Positions 1 to 9,963 of a DNA stretch of 64,000 bases are shown here, one piece after another. The position numbers and the translations under genes were made by a program. Below the pieces are notes generated by a model. That model had not been told where the DNA came from. It made no database searches and was given only the letters and a program-made list of their open reading frames with translations. Source of the DNA: Coriobacteriia bacterium (GTDB taxonomy: Bacteria; Actinomycetota; Coriobacteriia; Anaerosomatales; SLCP01). Numbering within the stretch: the first letter of the stretch is position 1; the number at the start of each line of letters is the position of its first letter. The stretch spans positions 836-64,835 of the forward strand of contig JACUUN010000003.1 in NCBI GenBank assembly GCA_014859265.1, in the 5' to 3' direction.

Positions 1-42
1 GCAGTCTTCCTGCACCTCACCGGCCGCGCGTTCCGGGACTGA
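1..42 (+). CDS. C-terminal fragment of an ABC transporter ATP-binding protein (partial, starts outside the window)
   Basis: Frame 1 reads AVFLHLTGRAFRD-stop. The FLxLTGR ending is typical of ABC-2/DrrA-type ATPases, and two ABC-2 permease genes follow immediately. Confidence 0.4.
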   Translation, partial: AVFLHLTGRAFRD

Positions 43-46
43 GACC

Positions 47-1252
47 ATGCGGACAGCACTACTCATCGCAAGTAAGGACCTCAAGGAGCGTGTGCGGGAC
101 CGCTCGGTGTTCATCTACGGCATCCTGGCCCCGCTCGGTCTCGCGTTCATCTTCAGTTTCGTCTTCGGACCGATCGAGAGCGCGATGTTCCACGCAACCT
201 ACGCTGTCGTGAACGAGGACGACGGCCCAATCGCCACGGCGTTCCTCGAGGTGCTAGAGGGCCTGGAGGACGAGGGAATCGCGACCATCGTCGAAGTCGG
301 CTCGGCTGAGGAGGCCGAGGACCAGGTGGCCCGCGGCTCGGATGCGTTCGGCCAGGGCGAGGGCGAACAGGCGAGCGCGGCGTTCCTCATCCCGGCCGGA
401 CTCTCAGAAGGCTTGCTGGCAGGCGCAGGTGGCGAGATCACCGTCATAGGCGGGGCGGGCACACAGCTTGCCTCGCAGGTCGCGTACTCGGTGGCACAGG
501 GCTTCGCGGCCGAGGTGGGAGCGGTGGAGGTCGCCGTCCGCACCGCGCTCGCCCACGGCGCGGCGGCGGACCCCGAGTCGGTCGCAGCGCTTGCCGATGC
601 GGCTACCCACACGCAGTTGCCGGTCACCGTCGCAGACATCAGCGCCGACACACGCCAGCTGAAGCAGACGACCTATCTGGCGGCCGGCATGTCCGTGTTC
701 TTCCTCTTCTTCACGGTCTCATTCGGTGTGAGCGGGCTGCTCGAGGAGCGCAAGGTCGGCACGCTGTACCGCCTGCTCGCAGCTCCGATCGACCGGCGAT
801 CTATCATCCTCGGCAAAGCGATCACTTCGTTCGTGCTCGGCATCGTGAGCATGACGGTGCTCGTGGTGGCGACCACGCTGCTGCTCGATGCCGATTGGGG
901 CAATCCGCTGGGCGTCGCACTCCTCGTCGTCGCCGTGGTCATCTCGGCCATGGGAATCCTCGGCGTAGTCGCGTCGACCGCGAGGACGCAGGCGCAGGCG
1001 GAGAACTTCCAGGCGATCATCTCACTCGTACTTGCCTTCCTCGGTGGCACCTTCTTCTCGGTATCCCAGGTCGGCGGGTGGCTCGACCGACTCAGCCTCA
1101 TCACGCCACATGCCTGGTTCCTCCGGGGCCTTGCCGACCTGCAAGCCGGCGACGTTGTGGCGGTCTGCCCGTCCGTCGCGGCCTTGCTGGTGTTCGGCAT
1201 CGTGACCGGTGTCGTCGCCTGGCCCTTCATGCGAAAGGCGGTGGAGCGATGA
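47..1252 (+). CDS. ABC-2 type transporter permease
   Basis: 401-aa ORF. N-terminus is MRTALLIASKDLKERVRDRSVFIYGILAPL, followed by a large extracytoplasmic loop and a C-terminal multi-TM ABC-2 domain. Its stop overlaps the next start (ATGA). Confidence 0.8.
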   Translation: MRTALLIASKDLKERVRDRSVFIYGILAPLGLAFIFSFVFGPIESAMFHATYAVVNEDDGPIATAFLEVLEGLEDEGIATIVEVGSAEEAEDQVARGSDAFGQGEGEQASAAFLIPAGLSEGLLAGAGGEITVIGGAGTQLASQVAYSVAQGFAAEVGAVEVAVRTALAHGAAADPESVAALADAATHTQLPVTVADISADTRQLKQTTYLAAGMSVFFLFFTVSFGVSGLLEERKVGTLYRLLAAPIDRRSIILGKAITSFVLGIVSMTVLVVATTLLLDADWGNPLGVALLVVAVVISAMGILGVVASTARTQAQAENFQAIISLVLAFLGGTFFSVSQVGGWLDRLSLITPHAWFLRGLADLQAGDVVAVCPSVAALLVFGIVTGVVAWPFMRKAVER

Positions 1253-2421
1253 AGGCGCTCGTCATCGCCGCCACGGCCGTGCGTCGTCTCGTGCGCGACC
1301 GATCCAACATCTTCTTCGTGTTCCTGATGCCGATGATGCTCATCCTCGTGCTGGGCGCGGCATTCGGGGGCAGCTTCGATACACGCGTGGGCGTGCTGTC
1401 GGCCGACTCCGGGCCACTCGGCAGGAATCTGGTTGGGAGAGTCTCGGAAATCGACGCGGTCGTGGTGTCCGAGTGGGACGACCGTGATGAGCTCGTGCTC
1501 GCGGTCGAGCGCGGCCGGCTCGAAGCGGCCGTCATCGTTCCCGCCAGGTACGACGGAACGCTCCGCGGCGGTGATGACGCCGTTGTGGAGTTCATAGCCC
1601 GCCCGGATCCCTCGGCACAAGCGCTGCGCAATGCGGTCGAATCGCTCGTGGTCGAGCAGGGCTCGCTGCTGAGAGCCGCCGCGCTCGCCAAGGAGTATGC
1701 AGATGTGTCGTATTCGGATGCGCTTGAGACCGCAGAGGATGTCGCCGCAGAGACCAACGGCCTCTCGGTTCGCACCGAGGCCGTCGGCGAGGTATCCCCC
1801 TTCGAGCGGATGGGGCGCTTCGAACTCGGTGCCTACTCGCAGCTCCTGCTCTTCGTGTTCCTGACATCGATGACCGGTTCCACTGCGCTCATCGAGTCCC
1901 GAAGGCTCGGGGTGACCACCCGGATGCTCGCCACCCCTACCCCGGTGCGCACGATACTGCTCGGCGAGGCGCTCGGAAGGTTCGGGGTCGCCCTGGTGCA
2001 AGGACTCTTCATCATGCTGGGCTCGGCGCTCGTGTTCGGCGTGAACTGGGGCGACCCGCTCGGCGCGACCGCGGTGTTCATCGCCTTTGCCCTCGGCGCT
2101 TCGGGAACGGCCATGCTCATGGGTTCGGTGCTGCGCAACGAACAGCAAGCCGGTGGCATCGGCGTCGTACTCGGCATCGGGCTCGGCGCATTCGGGGGCG
2201 CTATGGTACCCCTCTCGGTCATGGAGATCTTCTCCCCGACGCTCTACCGCATCGCGCACATCACCCCGCACGCCTGGGGGGTTGAGGCGTTCGAGAAGCT
2301 CATCCTTCACGGGGGCACCATCGCCGGCATCGTGCCGGAGCTCGCCGTTCTCTTCGCCTTCGCTATCGTGATGTACGCACTCGGGGCGTGGCGGCTTCGC
2401 GTGACCCTCACTCGACCGTAG
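1249..2421 (+). CDS. ABC-2 type transporter permease (second paralogue)
   Basis: The internal ATG at 1249 gives MKALVIAATAVRRLVRDRSNIFFVFLMPMM, the same architecture as the preceding gene. ATGA overlap with the upstream stop. The longer track ORF from 895 is an Arg-rich out-of-context extension. Confidence 0.8.
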   Translation: MKALVIAATAVRRLVRDRSNIFFVFLMPMMLILVLGAAFGGSFDTRVGVLSADSGPLGRNLVGRVSEIDAVVVSEWDDRDELVLAVERGRLEAAVIVPARYDGTLRGGDDAVVEFIARPDPSAQALRNAVESLVVEQGSLLRAAALAKEYADVSYSDALETAEDVAAETNGLSVRTEAVGEVSPFERMGRFELGAYSQLLLFVFLTSMTGSTALIESRRLGVTTRMLATPTPVRTILLGEALGRFGVALVQGLFIMLGSALVFGVNWGDPLGATAVFIAFALGASGTAMLMGSVLRNEQQAGGIGVVLGIGLGAFGGAMVPLSVMEIFSPTLYRIAHITPHAWGVEAFEKLILHGGTIAGIVPELAVLFAFAIVMYALGAWRLRVTLTRP

Positions 2422-2430
2422 GCGGCGACC

Positions 2431-2868
2431 ATGTGGGTTATCACGCACACGCTGTCGGGCATGGCGCTCGGCATTGTGCTTGGCGGCCGCGGAGTTAGCT
2501 GGTGGGCGATCGTCGCGGCCGCCCTGCTGTTCCACATCGTCCTCGACCTCGTGCCGCACTGGGACTACGTACGGACCGACCGGAGCGCGCTGTGGGCCGT
2601 CGCCGACGTCGCTGGGGCACTTGCCGTGCTGGTGGGGGCACGGCTCGTCGGGGGGTTCGAATGGACCGTCGTGATGGCTGGGGCCGTCTCGGCCCTGCCC
2701 GACATAGACATCCTCAATGCGCTCTGGCCCTCAAAGAAACGGATCCGCCTCTTCCCGAGCCACTGGAGCGGGTTCCCGCACGGCTCGGCTCCCCCGTTGC
2801 CAGGCATACTGGTCCAGGTGCTAGTGGCAATCGTCTCGGTGATCGTGCTCGCAGTCGCCAGGGGGTGA
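2431..2868 (+). CDS. small integral membrane protein (possibly YdjM/DUF457-like metal-dependent hydrolase fold)
   Basis: 145 aa, 4-5 hydrophobic helices, His/Asp-containing motif HIVLDLVPHWDY. No firm family call is possible by eye. Confidence 0.5.
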   Translation: MWVITHTLSGMALGIVLGGRGVSWWAIVAAALLFHIVLDLVPHWDYVRTDRSALWAVADVAGALAVLVGARLVGGFEWTVVMAGAVSALPDIDILNALWPSKKRIRLFPSHWSGFPHGSAPPLPGILVQVLVAIVSVIVLAVARG

Positions 2869-2906
2869 CTCTTCGGCGTAGCCACGGCGATGAGAACCAG
2901 CCGCGC

Positions 2907-3794
2907 TCAATCCCGGGCCGACCCCCGCGTGTTGACAACGGCCACACCCGCGAGCGAGATCACGCCACCTACGAGCGCGAGCAGGGCGGGCACCTCACCG
3001 AGCCACAGCCACGCGATGGCGATCGCATTCACTGGCTGGAAGTACAGAAACGTCGAGAGTGACGTGGCCGGCATCCGCGAGAGCGCGTAGGACCACAACG
3101 CATACGCCACTGCACCGGGAAAGACACCCAGGTAGACAACCGCCCAGGTAGCGGCAGGAGTGGCCTCGGCCATCTGGGTGATGAGCCCGGGCGCGAACAC
3201 GAACATGGGCACGGTTCCCGCCCAGATGGCATATGATGTGAACTCGAGTGCGCTGTATCGACGCAGCGGCCGCTTCGACACGATGAAGTACACCGAGGTG
3301 GCAACCGCAGAGACGAACACGAGCGCCGCACCCGGTTCGAAGGTAAGGCCGCCCCCCTCACCGAGAGAGATGAGCGCGACACCGGCGAACGACACGACGA
3401 TGCCGATCCATCCCCACACGCTCAGGCGTTCGCCGATGAACACCGTGGAGAGTAGCGCGGTGATGATGGGGCTTGCGGAGATGATGAGACTCGCCGCTCC
3501 GGCAGTCACCGTCACCTCCCCATAGTTGAGCGCGACATGGTAGACGGTGATGCCGAGCAGGCCGGCGAGCGCGATGCGGGGGATGTCCCGCGCATCGGGA
3601 AGACGCATGCGGATGACCGTGGCCCACACAAGGAACACAGCCGACGCGGTCCCGAAACGCAGCAGCGCCACCTGTCCGGGACCGTACGACTCGAGCCCGG
3701 CACGGATACCCGCGAACGCCGATGCCCAGAACAGCAGCGCCACGATGATGGCCACCCACGTCGACGGCTCGCGACGCCAGGAATGCTCGTCCAC
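2907..3794 (-). CDS. EamA/DMT family transporter
   Basis: Ten-TM pattern with two EamA-like halves (WASAFAGIRAG..., ...GVFPGAVAYALWSYAL). GTG at 3794 is preceded by GGAGG and lies just after the upstream stop at 3808. The longer track ORF to 3989 overlaps the upstream gene. Confidence 0.8.
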   Translation of the reverse strand: MDEHSWRREPSTWVAIIVALLFWASAFAGIRAGLESYGPGQVALLRFGTASAVFLVWATVIRMRLPDARDIPRIALAGLLGITVYHVALNYGEVTVTAGAASLIISASPIITALLSTVFIGERLSVWGWIGIVVSFAGVALISLGEGGGLTFEPGAALVFVSAVATSVYFIVSKRPLRRYSALEFTSYAIWAGTVPMFVFAPGLITQMAEATPAATWAVVYLGVFPGAVAYALWSYALSRMPATSLSTFLYFQPVNAIAIAWLWLGEVPALLALVGGVISLAGVAVVNTRGSARD

Positions 3795-3807
3795 GTGACC
3801 TCCGGCT

Positions 3808-4617
3808 TCAGCCGAGCGTGAAGCGCGCAACATCGGCCCGGTGCTCGAGCAGCTCCCACGAACCGGATGCGCCGGCAGCGCGGACCGCGAGCTCGAAGTG
3901 GAGCATGGCGATACCGCAGTCGAGACGCTTGGACACGATCGGTGTTTCGGGCCCATCAAAGGAGACCACGATGGCACCGCCGTCGGCACGGAAACGCCAC
4001 GGCTGACGGTTGTGCGCGGAGGGTGCGATCCTGGCTGCTTCGGCCCCCGGTCTCGCCCAGGTCGGCCAATCTCTGTCGTGCAGGTTCGGAGCGATGTGCT
4101 CGACTGATTTGCGCGACTTGGGCTTCTTCATCCCGTAGACGAAGCGCTCGGTGGTTGTCACTTTGTGCATGGGTAGTCCGAGGGGAGACACCGAGAACAC
4201 CTTCTCGTCGCCGGTGGCGCCGGCCATCTTGCGCGCGAGGCTCCCGTCGAACATGCCGCCGACCCAGCATGTTCCGAGCCCGAGCGCGGTCGCCTCGAGT
4301 ATGAGTGCTTCACCGGTGTATCCGGCGGAGGTACTCGCCTGAGGAGAGTCGGCGCTACCGACGAAGAGCAGTGCTGACGAGGCCCCGGTGATTCGCCCGT
4401 ATGAGCCCACAATCCCCCGGAACAGCTCCTCGGAGACCGAACGCGCCAGCGCGGCGCGCGCACCGGGTGACGGACGCAGCCGCTCGCATGACTCGTGGAG
4501 CGCGGCTAGGTGCTCTTCGCTCACCTTCGACCCATCGAAAGAACGCCGGGAGCGGCGTTCGCGTGCAGCCTCGAGCCACCGGTCTACGGGGGCGTCAGGG
4601 AGCGAGAGCGTGGTCAT
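3808..4617 (-). CDS. nitroreductase family protein
   Basis: MTTLSLPDAPVDRWLEAARERRSRRSF..., ...AHNRQPWRF... are typical nitroreductase-fold motifs. ATG at 4617 is preceded by GAGGAGGA. Confidence 0.75.
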   Translation of the reverse strand: MTTLSLPDAPVDRWLEAARERRSRRSFDGSKVSEEHLAALHESCERLRPSPGARAALARSVSEELFRGIVGSYGRITGASSALLFVGSADSPQASTSAGYTGEALILEATALGLGTCWVGGMFDGSLARKMAGATGDEKVFSVSPLGLPMHKVTTTERFVYGMKKPKSRKSVEHIAPNLHDRDWPTWARPGAEAARIAPSAHNRQPWRFRADGGAIVVSFDGPETPIVSKRLDCGIAMLHFELAVRAAGASGSWELLEHRADVARFTLG

Positions 4618-4717
4618 GCATCCTCCTCGGCGGGCGTGGTGCGTGCGGCCGGACATGGCCGACCTTTCGGGTACATTCATTCCCGACCCCACCGACGATA
4701 CACGAGACGGAGGCCTC

Positions 4718-5251
4718 GTGAAGGGTCACGACGCATGCAAGGAGCTCATCGAACGGCTGCGTGAGCAGGCCGATCCGGCGAATGTCGAAGGCATGGCGCG
4801 TTTCGGGATCTCGAGCACCGGGACTCTCGGCGTGACGATGCGTGACGTTCGTGCGCTCGGTCGCGAGGCGCTCCGTGAACACCGCCGTGACGGCGTCTGG
4901 CGACACGATCTTGCGACCTGCCTGTGGCAGAGCGAGATCCATGAGGCGCGCATCCTTGCCACCATCGCCGAGGATCCAGAATCGGTCACGCAGGACCAAG
5001 CGCTCGCATGGGCGCAGGAGGTGGACTCGTGGGATGTCTGCGACCAGCTTTGCATGAACCTGCTTCGCCACACCCCGTTCGCCTGGGACCTTGCCCACGA
5101 ATGGACCCGACGGGACGAGGAGTTCGTCAAACGCGCGGGATTCGTGCTGATCGCCACGCTCGCACTCGCGCTCGAGCTTGCCGGGTCCGACGTGCACAGC
5201 GTGCGGTGGGTCGGCCGGGATGCCGCACGCGAGTTGCACGACCGCGGGTGA
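4718..5251 (+). CDS. DNA alkylation repair protein (AlkD/HEAT-like repeat family), apparently shortened
   Basis: GTG at 4718 after GGAGG. Motifs: VEGMARFGI, LWQSEIHEARILA, WAQEVDSWDVCDQLC, RRDEEFVKRAGFVLIA. The segment usually found between the FVLIA helix and the C-terminal RW..DA.REL helix appears to be missing. Confidence 0.7.
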   Translation: MKGHDACKELIERLREQADPANVEGMARFGISSTGTLGVTMRDVRALGREALREHRRDGVWRHDLATCLWQSEIHEARILATIAEDPESVTQDQALAWAQEVDSWDVCDQLCMNLLRHTPFAWDLAHEWTRRDEEFVKRAGFVLIATLALALELAGSDVHSVRWVGRDAARELHDRG

Positions 5252-5267
5252 CGGACCCGCTCCCCGA

Positions 5268-6980
5268 TTAGCCCCGTGCGGCCAGCAGCAGCAGGAGTAC
5301 GGTGAGCGCCCCGGCTGCGGAAGCTGCGGTCGCCCATGCCAGGAACCCGATCTCGAACACACCGGCGCGATCGAGCAGCGCTGATCCCGCGCGCCCGGCC
5401 ACGGGAGTGGGAACGGCCTGCGGGGCCGGCGTCTCTCGCACACTCCGGTCTCGGCGCTCAGCTGCGCCGTCAGCCAACCGGAGGACCGGCGCGTACATGT
5501 CGGCAGGTGGTATCGCGCCCGCGAACCGGCGAGTCATCGTGCCTGCGGCCCAAACGGCTACTGCAGCGATGCAGCCGAGCAGAATCGGCCACACCGCCAG
5601 CCAGAGGTAGTGAGCAGTGAGTGACTTCTCCACCGCATAGCGCGCGTCCGCGGACGGCCACACCCAGAGCGTTGCGGTCACGGCTGCCAGAAGGAGCATC
5701 CACGAGCCGGCTCCGAGCATGCCCGGAGCCGTGGCGCGCGTGCCGGGCGCGTCTGGTGCTTTACGGGTCGCGACCAGATACAGGAAGCGGGCCATGAGCA
5801 GCGTCGTCCCGACCGCCGTCACGGGCAGAAGTGTCTCCAGGGCACCGTGCCATGCTCCCGGTGCGAGACCCGTGGCCTCCTTGAGAACGAGCTTGGCCAC
5901 GGCCCCGCTCGTCAGCGGTGCGCCTGCGAGGGCGACCGCCGGGAGAGCGAGCCCGACGACGGCAGGCCAGCGGCGCGTCGTGCGCGCAGCGATGTCTTCG
6001 CCGATGAAGAGTGCCGCTTTCGCGAGCCCGTGATGAACCGCGTAGACGGTCGCCGCGGTGACGGCGAGCAGCCACACGACCGGCTCAGCGAGCCCCGCTC
6101 CGAGAGCGATGGTGATAAGTCCGAACTGGCTGATGCTCGAGTACGCGAGCACGACCTTCGGCTTGGTCTGCATGACGCCGACAATCGCACCGTAGAAAGC
6201 CGCAGCAACGCCGAAAGCCATCACGACAGCACCGAACGCGACTCCCTCACGCTCTCCGCCGGGAAGGAAGCGCAGCAGGCCGAGGACACCAGCCTTGCTC
6301 ATCGAGCCGGCGAGTGCAGCGGCGGCGGCCGTCGGAGCCGCCGCGTAGCTCACGGGCATCCACCCATGCAGGCCGAAAGCCCCGATCTTGATGCCGAAGG
6401 CGGCAAGCAGGAGTCCGATGCCGACAGACCCGAGCACAGGACCCAGCTCGATGCCGAACGCGGCCGCGCCCACGACGAAGAACCCGCACACAAGCAGCGC
6501 CTCGCCGACGACCGTGAACGCCATGTACGCACGGCCCGCGCTGCGGTCCCCTTCGTGTGCGACGAGCGCGTAGGCGGGAAGGGCCATCATCGCGAAGAAG
6601 GTGTAGAAGGAGGCCGGATCGGTGACACAGCAGAGCGCCAGGTTGCCCGCCATTGCGAGCGCGAACCACCCCGAGAACCACGTCGGACGCTGAGGCGGGT
6701 GGGCGGCGGCGTAGAGCGCGGCCGCGGTCCAGATCACGCCGGAAAGCGCGAGGAACGCACGGCCCGTCGCGTCGAAGTCGACCAGCGTGCCGACAAAGAG
6801 CCAGTCGATCTGTGAGGTACCGTCGGGCACGAGCACGGCCGCCGCGAGCGCCGGCAGTGCGGCGAACACCAGCATCCGCCGGGCGACATCCCGCGTTGCC
6901 GGGAGCGCGCATCCTGCCGCGACGAGCAGCGGCACGAGGGCGGCGGCAAGAGCCATCCAGGCGGGCAGGATCGTCACCAT
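5268..6980 (-). CDS. proton-conducting membrane transporter, MrpD/NuoL/M/N family (third paralogue, with C-terminal extension)
   Basis: ATG at 6980 overlaps the upstream stop (ATGGTGA). Conserved antiporter-like core (GIKIGAFGLHGWMPVSYAAAP, LAYSSISQFG). About 100 extra C-terminal residues form a hydrophilic linker plus one final TM helix. Confidence 0.75.
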   Translation of the reverse strand: MVTILPAWMALAAALVPLLVAAGCALPATRDVARRMLVFAALPALAAAVLVPDGTSQIDWLFVGTLVDFDATGRAFLALSGVIWTAAALYAAAHPPQRPTWFSGWFALAMAGNLALCCVTDPASFYTFFAMMALPAYALVAHEGDRSAGRAYMAFTVVGEALLVCGFFVVGAAAFGIELGPVLGSVGIGLLLAAFGIKIGAFGLHGWMPVSYAAAPTAAAAALAGSMSKAGVLGLLRFLPGGEREGVAFGAVVMAFGVAAAFYGAIVGVMQTKPKVVLAYSSISQFGLITIALGAGLAEPVVWLLAVTAATVYAVHHGLAKAALFIGEDIAARTTRRWPAVVGLALPAVALAGAPLTSGAVAKLVLKEATGLAPGAWHGALETLLPVTAVGTTLLMARFLYLVATRKAPDAPGTRATAPGMLGAGSWMLLLAAVTATLWVWPSADARYAVEKSLTAHYLWLAVWPILLGCIAAVAVWAAGTMTRRFAGAIPPADMYAPVLRLADGAAERRDRSVRETPAPQAVPTPVAGRAGSALLDRAGVFEIGFLAWATAASAAGALTVLLLLLAARG

Positions 6981-8476
6981 GGGAACTCCCATCCGGCGAT
7001 GGTCTGCGCCCAGGAGGCCGGCGAGAGATCCATGCCCGCAAACACACCCATGGCCAGCCCGATGGCTGCCGTGATCACGAGCGGCACGATCATCCGCATG
7101 TCGCCCTCGGGCCTTCCGGCCGCGGGCCCGTGCGCCCACTCAGGCTTCGGCGTGCGGAACCATGCCCGGTGGATGATCGGGAAGAAGTACGCCGCATTGA
7201 GCACGCTGCTTATGCCGAGCACGGCGATGACCCAGCCGCTGCCGGCGTCGATGGAGCCGATTCCGAGCAGCCATTTGCTCGTGAAGCCTGCCACGGGGGG
7301 CACGCCGACGATGCCGATAGCCGCCAGCGAGAAGGCAGCCATCGTTAGTGGCATGCGCCGCCCGAGACCGTCGAACTCGCTCACGCGGTACGCCTTGACC
7401 TCCTCGGCCACGGCGCCTGCTGTGAAGAACATCGTAATCTTCATCGCGGCGTGGTGCGCGAGGTGCGCGATGCCGCCCGCCACCGCGATCGGGCTCGCGA
7501 GCGCCACCCCGAGCGTGATGTAGGAAAGCTGGGCTACTGTCGAGAACGCCAATCGTTTCTTGAAATCATCCTGCGCGAGCGCACGCACGGAGCCGAAGAT
7601 GATAGTGAATCCGGCTACTACCGCGAGCGCCTGCGTCACGCCGAGCTCCGGGCCCAGTGGCCCGTAGACCTCGAGCACGACCCGTGCGATCCCGAAGACA
7701 CCCGCCTTCACGACCGCGACCGCGTGCAGGAGCGCGCTGACGGGCGCGGGGGCCACCATCGCCGCCGGAAGCCACCCATGCAGGGGAAAGAGCGCGGCCT
7801 TCACGCCGAGCCCAAGCATGAGAAGCGCGAAGATCGCCACGAGCGAGCCCGGGTGCGTGGTGGCAAGCGCGGGGTCGAGAGACCCGCCCGCTGCGAACTC
7901 CACCGGCCCCGTCAGCAGATTCAGCCACACGACGCCCACCGCAAGTGCCCCGCCTGCAGGCAGCGCGTATGTCAGGTACGTGCGCCCCCCCTTGAGCGCG
8001 GCGGGCGTGCCCGAATGGACGACAAGCGGATAGGTGGCAAGCGTGAGGGTCTCGTAGAAGATGAAGAAGGTGAGCAGGTTGGCCGAGAGCGCGATGCCGA
8101 TGGCGGAACCTACACACACCGAGAAGAACCCGAAGAATCGCGCGCGGTCGCTCGCACGAGACATGTAGCCAATCGCGTACACAGTCGTAATCAGCCAGAG
8201 TACGCCTGCGATAACCGCGAAGAGAACACCGAGGAGGTCGGCCCTGAGGCCGAACCCTATGTCGAGCAGCGCGATCCCGGCGGTCGGATACGCATCCGGA
8301 GCGCCCGCGACCGCTGCTCCCGCGGCAGTCACGACTGCTGCGACGGTCAGTGCGGCGCCGGCCAGGTTGACACCGGACCGCGCGGCGTCACGCCGCTCAC
8401 CGAGCGCGAAAATGAGCACGGCGGTGACGAAGGGCGCCGTCACAGCAATGACAAGCGCTGTCGTCTCCCAGGTCAC
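6974..8476 (-). CDS. Na+/H+ antiporter subunit D-like (MrpD/NuoN family, second paralogue)
   Basis: GTG at 8476 overlaps the upstream stop (GTGA). Motifs: GVKAALFPLHGWLPAAMVAPAPVSALLHA and AFSTVAQLSYI. Confidence 0.8.
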   Translation of the reverse strand: MTWETTALVIAVTAPFVTAVLIFALGERRDAARSGVNLAGAALTVAAVVTAAGAAVAGAPDAYPTAGIALLDIGFGLRADLLGVLFAVIAGVLWLITTVYAIGYMSRASDRARFFGFFSVCVGSAIGIALSANLLTFFIFYETLTLATYPLVVHSGTPAALKGGRTYLTYALPAGGALAVGVVWLNLLTGPVEFAAGGSLDPALATTHPGSLVAIFALLMLGLGVKAALFPLHGWLPAAMVAPAPVSALLHAVAVVKAGVFGIARVVLEVYGPLGPELGVTQALAVVAGFTIIFGSVRALAQDDFKKRLAFSTVAQLSYITLGVALASPIAVAGGIAHLAHHAAMKITMFFTAGAVAEEVKAYRVSEFDGLGRRMPLTMAAFSLAAIGIVGVPPVAGFTSKWLLGIGSIDAGSGWVIAVLGISSVLNAAYFFPIIHRAWFRTPKPEWAHGPAAGRPEGDMRMIVPLVITAAIGLAMGVFAGMDLSPASWAQTIAGWEFPW

Positions 8477-9963
8477 GGCGTCACCCCCGCCACCAGGGCC
8501 GGAGCGCTCACCATGATGAGGTCGAGCAGCGGCTGGCCGACGATGCCGAGGACGAGCGCGCCGATCGCGAGCACGAGCGCTGCGCTCTCCATCGTCCACG
8601 GAGACGGGCCTGCGTTCAGATCCGCATCGTCCAGATCGTCAACCTCACGGCCGAAGAACGGCCCCACCACCCGGAAGACGTACGCGGCGGCAAGTAAGCC
8701 GCCAGTGACAACCACCGCGGCCCACCACCACTCGCCCGACTCGATCGACGCGCGGATCATCTGCCACTTGGCGACGAACCCACCGCTTGGCGGGAGCCCC
8801 ATCATCGTCACGCCGGCAAGGCCGAACGCCATCGCCGTCACCGGCGCGCGTCGCGAGAGCCCGCCAAGGCCGTCGATGCGATCGTGCCCGAAGCGCGCGA
8901 GCACAGTACCCGCTGCGAGAAACATCGCAGACTTGGCAAGTGCATGGGAGACCGCGTGGAAGATGCCACCCATCCATGCGTCCGCCGCAGCCTGCCCTCC
9001 CCCCGTCACGAGCGGGAAGAGCAGGAAGAGGTAGCCGATCTGGGCCACCGTCGAGTACGCGACGAGCATCTTGAGGCGTTGCTGACGAAACGCCTGGATA
9101 GAGCCCCAGATGATGGCTGTCGAGCCGAGGACACCGAGCACCGTCGAAACCCCCGGGAAGGCCATCGGCTCGGCGACGTCGACCCACAGCCGCACAAGGA
9201 TGTAGAAGGAACCCTTCACGACCAGCGCCGAGAGCACCGCGCTCACCGGCGAGGGCGCGTTGGAGTGGGCCGGAGGCAACCAGAAGTGAAGCGGGAAGAG
9301 CGCGGTCTTGAGCACGAGCCCTACCGTCATGAGCGCCAGCGCGGCCTGACCGGTCGTGTCCGATCGAACGACCTCCCGAAGCGTCTGCATGTCCACGCTG
9401 CCGAATGCCCCGTAGATGAGCGCCACGCCGAGCAGGTAGAAGAGCGAGCCGAGGATCGCGGCGAGCATGTAGCGCATCGCAGCAACAAGCGCCTCGCGAC
9501 GCAGGGTCAGTCCCACCAGCGCGACGGCTGACATGCTCACAAGCTCGAGGCACACGTAGAGGTTGAAGATGTCGCCGGAAAGGAAGAGCGCGTGCAACGA
9601 GCCCCAGAGAAAGAGCCACAGCGGCCAGAAGAACCGATAGCGCTCGCGGTTACCGAAATAGCCGAGCGCGTACACCGTGACGAACAAGCCGACCACCGTG
9701 GTGACCAGCACCATCACCGCGGTGAAGCCGTCGACGACGAGATCGATGCCCAGCGGTCCGCCCCAGCCACCCACCTCGTAGCGCAGCTCGCCTTCACGCA
9801 CGACGGTCACCGCGAGCAGAATCGCAAGCGGCTGGGAAAGCAGCGCTGAGATGAGTGCGATCTGGCGTCCGAATCCGGTACCTAGCAGGTACGCCAGGGG
9901 CGCGGCGGTGAAAGGAACGAGGACGACGAGAGCGGGCAGCTGCCGCGCGATCCACTCAGCCAC
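8473..9963 (-). CDS. Na+/H+ antiporter subunit D-like (MrpD/NuoN family, first paralogue)
   Basis: Motifs: LKTALFPLHFWLPPAHSNAPSPVSAVLSA and VAYSTVAQIGY. Preferred start is GTG at 9963, with GGGGAGAG 5 nt upstream and an 8-nt overlap with mnhC. ATGs at 9987 and 9996 are alternatives. Confidence 0.8.
   Translation of the reverse strand: MAEWIARQLPALVVLVPFTAAPLAYLLGTGFGRQIALISALLSQPLAILLAVTVVREGELRYEVGGWGGPLGIDLVVDGFTAVMVLVTTVVGLFVTVYALGYFGNRERYRFFWPLWLFLWGSLHALFLSGDIFNLYVCLELVSMSAVALVGLTLRREALVAAMRYMLAAILGSLFYLLGVALIYGAFGSVDMQTLREVVRSDTTGQAALALMTVGLVLKTALFPLHFWLPPAHSNAPSPVSAVLSALVVKGSFYILVRLWVDVAEPMAFPGVSTVLGVLGSTAIIWGSIQAFRQQRLKMLVAYSTVAQIGYLFLLFPLVTGGGQAAADAWMGGIFHAVSHALAKSAMFLAAGTVLARFGHDRIDGLGGLSRRAPVTAMAFGLAGVTMMGLPPSGGFVAKWQMIRASIESGEWWWAAVVVTGGLLAAAYVFRVVGPFFGREVDDLDDADLNAGPSPWTMESAALVLAIGALVLGIVGQPLLDLIMVSAPALVAGVTP

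Noticed and set aside
673-2559. 628-aa minus-strand ORF. Similar very long antisense ORFs occur elsewhere: 7451..9034 (+), 20375..21961 (-), 22076..23584 (-), 23975..24946 (-), 33255..34169 (+), 57546..58613 (+), 60461..61690 (-), 62504..63367 (-).
   Set aside because: All lie antisense or out of frame to genes with clear family signatures. Their products are Arg/His/Pro/Ser/Gly-rich low-complexity strings with no recognisable motifs. Such shadow ORFs are expected in high-GC DNA, where stop codons are rare.
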